From Nitrospira sp. (GTDB taxonomy: Bacteria > Nitrospirota > Nitrospiria > Nitrospirales > Nitrospiraceae): DNA of 64,000 bases. Below the pieces are notes generated by a model, which saw only the letters and a program-made list of their open reading frames with translations, did no database searches and had not been told where the DNA came from. The translations under genes and the position numbers were made by a program. The stretch is taken from NCBI GenBank assembly GCA_047150005.1, contig AP038806.1:2144001-2208000 (forward strand), in the 5' to 3' direction. How positions within the stretch are numbered: the first letter of the stretch is position 1; each line of letters begins with the position of its first letter. This document shows positions 9,732-17,432 of this stretch, in pieces.

Positions 9732-10120
9732 CGGTGGGTGGAACGGTTCGCTGGTCCGGAATCGTCGCGCGCATCGCGGGGGGCCTCTGCGCCCTGCTGT
9801 GGCTGGCCGGGTCATTCTCGGTCGTCTACGCGGGACTGGCGGAAGGAGGAGCGAAGGTCCATTGCCATCACGGACAAGCTCATCCCCAGAACGCGCCGGG
9901 CCATTGCTCCTCGCACTGTCACGCGATCGATTCGCAGGCCGTCCACGTGCAGAACCGATGTTCACCCGTGGCTCCGTTCGGGTGTCCACCGGAACGTTTT
10001 CGAGGTGCCATCAACGGCCGTCATCTCTATCACGGGGTCGTTTCACGGGGGCCGCCTGCTTCCCTGGGCCATCGCAACGCCCCAATGGTGGATACGCTTC
10101 GTCTTAAACGAGAAACTTAG
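9728..10120 (+). CDS. DUF2946-like leader peptide L3 (HCHH, CSSHC, RGPP)
   Basis: TM segment, His/Cys cluster, SRGPP 42 aa after CxxxC; overlaps the upstream stop (ATGA); about 20 aa tail after the motif. Confidence 0.65.
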   Translation: MTVGGTVRWSGIVARIAGGLCALLWLAGSFSVVYAGLAEGGAKVHCHHGQAHPQNAPGHCSSHCHAIDSQAVHVQNRCSPVAPFGCPPERFRGAINGRHLYHGVVSRGPPASLGHRNAPMVDTLRLKRET

Positions 10121-10145
10121 AAAACGTGATGGAAAGGATCCGATC

Positions 10146-11732
10146 ATGAAACCGACGAGAAAACAACGACAGCTGAAAGCCGCGGCTCACGCGGCGTTAT
10201 TGGGGATCACGGTCATCAGCCTGGCCAATTGCAGTTCGAGCGATTCAGGTACCCCCGCGGCCACGACTTCAAACAGCAGCGCGGCGCTTCAGGGTCCATT
10301 AGTGTTCGTGAACAATACTGGTGATAAGACTCTGACCAGCGTGTCCTTAAAAGGTGATTCAGGAAACGGGATTGTTGGTACGATCGACGCCGCGAAGTTC
10401 GGCAACGTGGCCCTTGGCGATATGCAGTTCTCAGAAGGGGAGTGGCTGTTTGTCAACCTCGGAGCCGGCAATGCAGTGGCCCTGGTCGATCCTTTGACCG
10501 GTGCGACTCCGATCCATGAAACGAATCTCACCACAGGGACTCGTCCCGTGCATATCTACCGAGATCCGACCGATGGCGAGGTGATCTGGTCGATGAACGA
10601 TGGGGATAATGCAGGAGGCACCGCGACGCCGGGCGACGATCTCCTCAATTGTGCGGTGCAGGGTGGAGGATCAGTCACGGTCATCCATAATTCACATCTT
10701 GGCCCTGGGGCCAATGTGCCCCGCATTTTAGGAACGACCTGTTTGCTGGCCGACGGCCACAAAGTCACGGCGTTTTCGTCCGGGGCGGGGATCTCTAAGC
10801 GCGCGTTTGTGTCCAGCGCAACTGGAGGTGAGGTGGCCGTTATCGACAACGATGAGACATCGGCCACTTATCTGAAGATGATCGCTCGGATCGATCTGTG
10901 CAAATCGGCCAAGGAAGCCGTCCCTTGCAATGACGAGTCCGCTACTCCGCTCACGACGGCATTTACCACGAATAGTTCGGCGCCGCATGGGATACGCTGG
11001 TCTCAATTGACCAAGAAGGTGTATAGCATCCAGGAAGGGTACGAGGAAATCGCAGAAATTGATCCAAATTCTCTAAACATTACCAACACGTTCAATCTGA
11101 CCGGCACCCCGTACACAGGGTACGGTATTAGTCCCGATGGTCGCTTTCTTCTACTGCGGGGCGAGACCACAAGCCCCCAGGGCATGAAGCTAGGCGTCAT
11201 CGATCTCGGCACGGCGGGAGCGCCGCGCACAGACTTCACGATTCCTGAGTTGGATGGGACAACGACAGGGAGTTTTGCGACGGGATCTTCGTCGTTCAAG
11301 TTCTCGCCGGACGGGAAACGTTTTTACCTCTTGATAGGAAATTCACCTGCGGCGGCAGTGACGAAGAAGGATCGTCTCTTCGCATTCGATTCGTCGACGT
11401 TGCCGGCCACGCCGCCGGCGCTGACACTCTTGAAAGAGATTCCGCTTGTGGCGACCGGCGGGCACAGCCTGGATCTTCTCATCCAAGGCGCTGGCGCGGC
11501 GACCTATGCGGTGGTATCGAATAGCACGGACAATTCCGTCTCGATCATCAATGCCACGGACAATACGATCAAGCAGACTGTTCAGGTGGGACTGACCCCC
11601 GGAGCAGTCATGATCTATTATCCGGGTTCGGCGGCGGCGGGGAACCAGGCCACCGCCTCGGTGACATCAGGGGTGCCCGCCGCACCGACACTCTTGCCCG
11701 AGCGGCTGGATGATCACGGGATGAAACAATAG
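10146..11732 (+). CDS. YncE/YVTN-like beta-propeller lipoprotein
   Basis: Lipobox SLANC, Ser/Thr linker, SPDG repeats, VSNSTDNSVSIIN...VG.TP blade. Confidence 0.75.
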   Translation: MKPTRKQRQLKAAAHAALLGITVISLANCSSSDSGTPAATTSNSSAALQGPLVFVNNTGDKTLTSVSLKGDSGNGIVGTIDAAKFGNVALGDMQFSEGEWLFVNLGAGNAVALVDPLTGATPIHETNLTTGTRPVHIYRDPTDGEVIWSMNDGDNAGGTATPGDDLLNCAVQGGGSVTVIHNSHLGPGANVPRILGTTCLLADGHKVTAFSSGAGISKRAFVSSATGGEVAVIDNDETSATYLKMIARIDLCKSAKEAVPCNDESATPLTTAFTTNSSAPHGIRWSQLTKKVYSIQEGYEEIAEIDPNSLNITNTFNLTGTPYTGYGISPDGRFLLLRGETTSPQGMKLGVIDLGTAGAPRTDFTIPELDGTTTGSFATGSSSFKFSPDGKRFYLLIGNSPAAAVTKKDRLFAFDSSTLPATPPALTLLKEIPLVATGGHSLDLLIQGAGAATYAVVSNSTDNSVSIINATDNTIKQTVQVGLTPGAVMIYYPGSAAAGNQATASVTSGVPAAPTLLPERLDDHGMKQ

Positions 11733-11761
11733 GGAATCCTCTGCGAGACAGCGGAATCCGA

Positions 11762-11786
11762 GAGGGGCGGGGCATCCCGCCCCCTC
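11762..11786 (+). terminator. GC-rich hairpin downstream of the propeller gene
   Basis: GAGGGGCGGGG-CAT-CCCGCCCCCTC imperfect inverted repeat; weak U tract. Confidence 0.5.
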
Positions 11787-11817
11787 AATTCATGGATATG
11801 TTGCCGTGGGGGGCGCC

Positions 11818-11919
11818 ATGGGAACGATGCTGTTGCGCGTAGGAGAGGCGGCGGAGTGCTTATCGGTCAGCCAGTGGACGATCTATCGGTCTACCTATTG
11901 CCAGCCGAGGACCTTGTAG
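11818..11919 (+). pseudogene. Truncated excisionase-like HTH remnant
   Basis: Manual translation MGTMLLRVGEAAECLSVSQWTIYR-STYCQPRTL*; matches the 7164 and 13830 HTHs up to TIYR, then diverges. Confidence 0.7.
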
Positions 11920-12245
11920 CCACGATCGGTCAGACAATGCTCGATCGCTTCGCGATAGGCCTCGCGGGAGGGCCAGACGGCATGGGGGACATCGGCGGTT
12001 CCCAGGACCACGCCGTTCGCCGATGGGCCGAGAGGAGGAAGCCATCGGGGCTGCATGCTTACAGGAGCAGCCCTCTGTACGTCGATGTGACAGGTCTGAA
12101 GATCTTGGGAGACAGTGGAACTCTCCGCAGGCACCGTCCCGTCGCCGGGTTCGATGATAGGCTGCGGAAGGTGGCGGGTAGAGGAGCAGGCAACCGACGT
12201 GGAAAGCCATGTCATGCCGATGAGGCAAACAGTCAAATGGTTCAC
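11895..12245 (-). CDS. Small hypothetical lipoprotein
   Basis: GTG start with AAGGAAG RBS, lipobox SVAC, DLQTC...IEHCLTDRGYKVLGW C-terminus. Confidence 0.7.
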   Translation of the reverse strand: MNHLTVCLIGMTWLSTSVACSSTRHLPQPIIEPGDGTVPAESSTVSQDLQTCHIDVQRAAPVSMQPRWLPPLGPSANGVVLGTADVPHAVWPSREAYREAIEHCLTDRGYKVLGWQ

Positions 12246-12403
12246 GACCGCTTCCTTGGTCGGAGTTGCTCGAGGGAATTCTATGCCTTCGAACGTACGG
12301 CGGGCAACAACAAGCGTCATGGCGAACCGCACTCAGGGCGAGGCCGAGGTGAATTGCCCGCCGGCCGCAGTAAGAATCTGTTGCAATAGTCGGCAGCTGT
12401 CGG

Positions 12404-12432
12404 TAGACAAGCCGTCATGAATATCGTAGAGG
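12404..12432 (+). promoter_or_regulatory. Putative sigma70 promoter for the leader L4 module
   Basis: TAGACA-17 bp-TAGAGG upstream of the GGAGGG RBS and ATG 12452. Confidence 0.35.
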
Positions 12433-12451
12433 TGACGCGGGAGGGTTCGTC

Positions 12452-12784
12452 ATGATGACCTCACGGGGAAGGCTGATCGTCGCGTCCGCTGCGGGCATCA
12501 TGGCGCTCGTGTACGTGGCCCTCATGGGCCTGTCGGCCGGCTGCCTGTTCATACATGCCGCTTCGAGCGCGGAACATGGTCATCACGAGCAGAACTCCTC
12601 CCATGCACCGCTGTGCACCTGGTCCTGTCAGGCGACGTCGCACTCGGCGCTGATCTCCCAGCCGCCGTCTGAGACTACAGGGACCTCTAGAATTGACGCA
12701 CTGGGGGCAGTGGTTGCGTCCACTCCACTGCATCGCGCCAAAAGGCTTCACGCCCGCGCTCCGCCTCTCCATCTCTTCTCGTAA
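12452..12784 (+). CDS. DUF2946-like leader peptide L4 (His-rich, CTWSC, RAPP)
   Basis: Paralog of L1 (Y.AL....AGCL...SH.PLC.W.CQA); ends HARAPPLHLFS. Confidence 0.8.
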   Translation: MMTSRGRLIVASAAGIMALVYVALMGLSAGCLFIHAASSAEHGHHEQNSSHAPLCTWSCQATSHSALISQPPSETTGTSRIDALGAVVASTPLHRAKRLHARAPPLHLFS

Positions 12785-13028
12785 CCGGCTCTTTCGACAG
12801 AACCAGCGATCTACACCTCTTTCCCATGGGCTAAGGGTGGCCTGGGGAAAGCGGGTTTGACTCGTCGTTGATGATATCCGAGGGCAAGACACAGCAAGGT
12901 CCGAGTCTGGCGGCCTCCTCGCTCGGACCGTCCGGGGCGCAGGCGTTTCCTCCTTGTGGCCTCCGCCCCGGCCTTGCTCATCATGGCCTTGATGGCTCGA
13001 TGAGGACGTGAGGCAACAAGGAGAAACG

Positions 13029-13394
13029 ATGCAAATACATCCATGGGTGGTCATTTTCTGGTTCGCCTTGAGCCTCTCGGCGCCGGTCATGGCCTCAGAT
13101 GACGCACAGTCGTTAAATCATCCGGAACCAGCTGTGGGAGGAGTGACCCAAGCGATCGTTCAAATCGGTGGACGGTTCTGTGAATACCATCGGAAAGATA
13201 TCGAACTGGCATTGCGCCGGCACGAAGCGGTCCAGAGCATCGAGTTTCTTAACAACCATGGCACGGTGCTGATCCGCTTCGAAGCGGGCGGAGTTCCGCC
13301 CGATCAGTTGGCGGAAACGGCCGCCGAGGCGGCTTTCGGCACTGGCTGCAGGGCCTGGGTTGATCAGGGTGGTCGGGTTTCGCCGCGATCATAA
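13029..13394 (+). CDS. Periplasmic HMA/ferredoxin-fold metal-binding protein, atypical motif GGRFCEYH
   Basis: Signal peptide; HMA-like topology; paralog of the next gene. Confidence 0.65.
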   Translation: MQIHPWVVIFWFALSLSAPVMASDDAQSLNHPEPAVGGVTQAIVQIGGRFCEYHRKDIELALRRHEAVQSIEFLNNHGTVLIRFEAGGVPPDQLAETAAEAAFGTGCRAWVDQGGRVSPRS

Positions 13395-13407
13395 TCAGGA
13401 GGGAACC

Positions 13408-13716
13408 ATGAAAGTGAAGCAAGTGATGATGTGTCTCAGCGTGCCGGCACTGATCGTCGCGTGGGCCCCATCGGCCTTCGCGGCGGAGCAAAAGGTCACC
13501 CTCATGCTTGGCGGGAAATTCTGCGATGCGTACCTCGGCGATGTTCGCGATGCCTTGACCAAGGTTCCGGGCGTCAAGGACGTGGACTTCAAGAACATGA
13601 AGGGGCATGCCGTCGTCACGGTTGAAGGAGAACAAACAAAGCCGGATCAGCTCGCGCAAGCCGTAAATGGAGTCAAAGGTGAGGGATGGCACTGCACGGC
13701 GAAGGCGATGAAATGA
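13408..13716 (+). CDS. Periplasmic MerP/CopZ-like HMA protein, atypical motif GGKFCDAY
   Basis: AFA signal cleavage, VTL.LGG.FC...V..AL.KVPGV.DVDF...AVVTV; AGGAGG RBS. Confidence 0.8.
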   Translation: MKVKQVMMCLSVPALIVAWAPSAFAAEQKVTLMLGGKFCDAYLGDVRDALTKVPGVKDVDFKNMKGHAVVTVEGEQTKPDQLAQAVNGVKGEGWHCTAKAMK

Positions 13717-13829
13717 CGTCGTGCGGAGTAGACACGGCTTCAATGGGTGCTGCCAGGAAGTACCGGACAATGAGCACAATACCAATTGCAATTGGGTGTT
13801 CGCCGCGTAGCTGACTGGACGTCCGAGCC

Positions 13830-14078
13830 ATGGAAAGCCCGTTATTGCGAGTTCACGAGGCGGCCAAATTGCTGAAAGTCAGCAAATGGACCGTCTATCG
13901 ATGGATCGAAGAGGGTCGCCTGCGAGCCACCAAGATCGGTCGCGGGAGCCTGCGGATATTCCGCGTATCGTTGAGCGCTCTGATCGATGAGAACCGAACC
14001 GATTCGCCGAACGCTCCAATCAAGCCTAGTGGGAGCCTCGTCCGGCTGAGACAGGCTTCCCCAAGGAGAAAGAAGTGA
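13830..14078 (+). CDS. Excisionase-like HTH (HTH_17) protein
   Basis: LLRVHEAAKLLKVSKWTVYRWIEEGRLRATKIG; paralog of 7164. Confidence 0.85.
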   Translation: MESPLLRVHEAAKLLKVSKWTVYRWIEEGRLRATKIGRGSLRIFRVSLSALIDENRTDSPNAPIKPSGSLVRLRQASPRRKK

Positions 14079-14379
14079 AACGGCTCGCTTCACCATCAGG
14101 TCCGGGAGTTGCGCACTCACCTTCCGGATCTGTCCGGGGTGCCGGAGGTGGCCTCCCTCCGGGCCCCCGGCCCTTCGGGGACCACAGCCGGAAAATCGGT
14201 GATGATCACGTCAGCTGCGCCGGGTTGTCGCGAGCCGTTCACGACCATCTTGCCGGGTTCCACATGCGGCAAGCCGACGTGATGGTGCGATCCTCCCCGT
14301 GTTGATTTCACGCCGCCCTCACCGTATAGTCCAATCTGTTGGCTCTTGACGCCCGTCCAGCATCTTGAGATCAGCACGT

Positions 14380-15426
14380 ATGGTCGCATTCCTATTCAAT
14401 CTGCTCCTGGCGTGCACGCTACTCCTCTCATTTCCCGGTATTGACCTGGCCGCCCCGGCCGATTCCGGCAAGCGCGCGCTCGAACGGGCGGCCGATCTCC
14501 TGAAGGCAGGCGATGCCGACGGCGCGATGGCCGCGGTCAACAAGACGCTGGAGACCAACCCATCCCCCGAGGCCTATCATCTGCTCGGGCAGATCTATTT
14601 CAAAGGTAAGAAGAAGCCGGCTGAGGCGATCGAGGCCTTGACGCATGCCATCAAGCTCAAGCCGGCTTATCCGGAAGCGCTGAACGATTTGGCGGAAGTC
14701 TATCTGGCGCAGGGAAAGGGCGCGGAAGCGGAACACACGTTGAAGCGGGCGATCGAGATCGACCCGAAGCACGAGGATTCATACCTCGACCTGGCCAAGC
14801 TCTATGAGGGCCGGCGTGACATCCCGGCGGCGATGACCGCCTATAAGCAGCTGCTCGCGATTGATCCCACCCAGTCGGACGCGCTGTTCGGACTGGCGAT
14901 GCTCTACGAGCGACAGGGGGAAAACAAGGCCGCCCTCGATACCCTCGCCCGTCTGACGAAGGCGAATCCGAAGCATGCGGACGCCTGGTACCAAGCGGGC
15001 CGGCTGGCGGAACGACACAACGATCTGCTGGAGGCGGCCTATGCGTACCGGAAGGCCATCGCCGCCAAGCCGGACCTGGTCGATGCCCACTACAATCTAG
15101 GGTTTATTCTACGGAGCCAGGGCAAACCCGCCGAGGCCGAGCGCGAGTTCCTCGAAGTCGTCCGATATCGTCCGGAATATGCCGAGGCCCACATGAATCT
15201 GGGAGTCATCTATACGAGCATGAACCGGTTGGAAGAAGCGGAACACGAATACCAACGGGCGGTGGAGTTGAAGCCCGAATATGCGGAGGCCCACTACAAC
15301 CTCGGCGTGTTTTACGAACTTCATCGCAAGGATCTGCCCAAGGCGCTGGCCCAATATCATAAGTATCGCAATCTCGGCGGACGGGACGATCGTGTCGAAC
15401 GAATCGTCGGCATGAGCGGACGGTAA
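14380..15426 (+). CDS. Secreted tetratricopeptide-repeat protein
   Basis: Signal peptide, multiple 34-aa repeats (P.YAEAHYNLG). Confidence 0.9.
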   Translation: MVAFLFNLLLACTLLLSFPGIDLAAPADSGKRALERAADLLKAGDADGAMAAVNKTLETNPSPEAYHLLGQIYFKGKKKPAEAIEALTHAIKLKPAYPEALNDLAEVYLAQGKGAEAEHTLKRAIEIDPKHEDSYLDLAKLYEGRRDIPAAMTAYKQLLAIDPTQSDALFGLAMLYERQGENKAALDTLARLTKANPKHADAWYQAGRLAERHNDLLEAAYAYRKAIAAKPDLVDAHYNLGFILRSQGKPAEAEREFLEVVRYRPEYAEAHMNLGVIYTSMNRLEEAEHEYQRAVELKPEYAEAHYNLGVFYELHRKDLPKALAQYHKYRNLGGRDDRVERIVGMSGR

Positions 15427-15446
15427 GCGGAAAGGACCTCAGCCTC

Positions 15447-15953
15447 TCACCAGTACGGGTTCCAATAGGGCGACGAGTAGGGGCCGGGACCGTAGTACGG
15501 TCGGAATCGCGGGACCGGCCGGGCCGCATCGGACCAGACCTGCAGTCGTTTCGCTTCGACGAGCGGATAGTTATATTCGGTTTCGTCGAGCGGGAGCGTG
15601 ATTGATCCCGTCATTTCTCCGGTTACCGTGACTCTGGTGCCATAGGGCAGGGTGGCCGGATCAAGGAATTCCTTCTGGATTGCCACGAAGCGGCCTTGTG
15701 ACTGTGTCAGGTCATGCACGGGAGAACCGGAACTGCCGAGGGGCAGCTGAAGTATTTCGACTCTCGTGCCGTCTTTCATCCGTCTGGCTGTGAGCACCTC
15801 GCCGCCGAAGACGACCGATTGCCCCTTGAAAGCATCGGGGGAAGCCTTAACTTGCTGAAAAGTGACCTGAGGGGTGTCGCCGGCCTGTTCGGTCGAGGCG
15901 CAGCCCAGTATGACGAGAACGAGAATGGCCGCGGGTGCAGCACGTAGGAACAT
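15447..15953 (-). CDS. Slp-family outer membrane lipoprotein
   Basis: Lipobox ILGC; V.FGG.V, T.VEILQLPL, S.GRF, FLDP, Y.YP motifs. Confidence 0.88.
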   Translation of the reverse strand: MFLRAAPAAILVLVILGCASTEQAGDTPQVTFQQVKASPDAFKGQSVVFGGEVLTARRMKDGTRVEILQLPLGSSGSPVHDLTQSQGRFVAIQKEFLDPATLPYGTRVTVTGEMTGSITLPLDETEYNYPLVEAKRLQVWSDAARPVPRFRPYYGPGPYSSPYWNPYW

Positions 15954-16037
15954 GACGGCAGTATATCAGAGGGTCTGTCCTCGACACGTTCGATATTATA
16001 ATGGGGCTCTATGGTCGTGAGACACGAAAAGGAGTGG

Positions 16038-16700
16038 ATGGATATGGTGAAGACACGTCGGTGGCATTGGGCGGTCGGAATGTTGGCGATCTGGTTGGGG
16101 GTCGGCGTCCTCGCAAGCGACGCCGCCACGGCTGCGGCGCCTGAATTGAAAGGCAAGTTCGAACTCGTAAGCGGCGAAACCTCCACCCACAAGCCGGGGA
16201 AGGTCAAGCTCATCGAATTCGCCGACTTTTACTGTCCCCACTGCCATCACTTCGATGAAGCCGGTCTTCCGATCCTTCAGAAGGAATTCGGCAATAAGCT
16301 GGAGGCGACCATGGTCGGCTTTCCGGTGTTTCGCAACAAGCTTCCGACTCCGTTCGATATGTACGAGCAGGCGAAGATTATGGGCAAAGGCGACGAAATG
16401 AAACGGGTGTTGTTTCGCACCATTCATACGGACAAGATCACAGGGGTGTTGGATCGGAGCTTACGGGAAGGGCTGATCAAGGAGGTCGGCCTCGATCCCA
16501 AAGCGTTCGAAGAGGGGTTGGCGAGCGGGAAGCCGGCGAAAGCCTTCGAGGACGGGAAGCAGTGGGGAGAACGCATCAAGGTCCAGTCCACGCCCACATT
16601 GCTGCTCGACGGCAATATCAAGATCGAAGGCGAGAACATGAAGACGGACAATATCATTACGGTTATCCGGAGCATTTTGGACGCAGACGCGAAGAAGTGA
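16038..16700 (+). CDS. dsbA: DsbA-family thiol:disulfide interchange protein
   Basis: EFADFYCPHC active site, cis-Pro STPT; signal peptide. Confidence 0.85.
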   Translation: MDMVKTRRWHWAVGMLAIWLGVGVLASDAATAAAPELKGKFELVSGETSTHKPGKVKLIEFADFYCPHCHHFDEAGLPILQKEFGNKLEATMVGFPVFRNKLPTPFDMYEQAKIMGKGDEMKRVLFRTIHTDKITGVLDRSLREGLIKEVGLDPKAFEEGLASGKPAKAFEDGKQWGERIKVQSTPTLLLDGNIKIEGENMKTDNIITVIRSILDADAKK

Positions 16701-16703
16701 GGG

Positions 16704-17273
16704 ATGGCTGTGACGACCGGTGAGAAAAGAGCGGACGGCATCGTTCAACGACTCATGGATAACGAGTCCGCTTTCCGCATGTTCCTGCGCCGCCGGCTCG
16801 GCGACGAGGCGATCGCGGACGATATCCTCCAGCAAAGCTTCATCCGAGCCGTGGAACGCCACCATTCGTTGCGCAACGACGAGAGTGCCGTGGCTTGGTT
16901 CTATCGCATCCTTCGCCATACGCTGGCCGACTACTATCGATCCCGAGGAGCTGAAGCTCGTCGCGATGAAGCCTTTCTCCAAGAGCTCACGGTTTCCGGC
17001 CATCATCAGGAGCCGCCTTTCGACGAGGTGAACGCCACCGTTTGTTCCTGCCTTCACCGGCTTCTCCCGCACCTTCGTGGGAACTATGCGGAACTCGTCA
17101 GACGCATCGATCTCGAGGGCGAATCGCCGGCGCACCTCGCGAAAGAGTTGAAGATTTCCCGGAACAACCTGACTGTTCGTTTGCATCGAGCCCGTCAAGC
17201 CTTACGCGTCTCCCTCGAAGCATCGTGCGGTCTCTGCAGCAAGCATGGGTGCCTGAACTGCGTCTGCGGCTAG
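16704..17273 (+). CDS. ECF sigma factor with CxC and C-terminal Cys-rich tail (CorE/SigZ-like)
   Basis: Sigma2 (ADDILQ, AWFYRI), sigma4 (VRLHRAR), VCSC linker, CGLCSKHGCLNCVC tail. Confidence 0.88.
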   Translation: MAVTTGEKRADGIVQRLMDNESAFRMFLRRRLGDEAIADDILQQSFIRAVERHHSLRNDESAVAWFYRILRHTLADYYRSRGAEARRDEAFLQELTVSGHHQEPPFDEVNATVCSCLHRLLPHLRGNYAELVRRIDLEGESPAHLAKELKISRNNLTVRLHRARQALRVSLEASCGLCSKHGCLNCVCG

Positions 17274-17432
17274 CCCGGTTGTTGCCTCCGCCGCCACTGT
17301 GACATTCCGGCCGTTTCACGAGCGTCCGCTCCGGAGTGGACTCCTTCTGTAATATCCGATCCCCTCGTCCGTCTACCGGATGAACGGGGACATTGAACGA
17401 CCAAACCGGATATGATGAAAGGAGCCGGACCC

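Noticed and set aside
7164..14078. Prophage or ICE suggested by excisionase-like genes
   Set aside because: No integrase, phage structural genes, att-bearing tRNA or conjugation genes are visible.
14075..14389. Small ORFs or structured RNA between the HTH and TPR genes
   Set aside because: GC-rich with short hairpins, but no riboswitch or ncRNA consensus that I can recognise and no convincing ORF.
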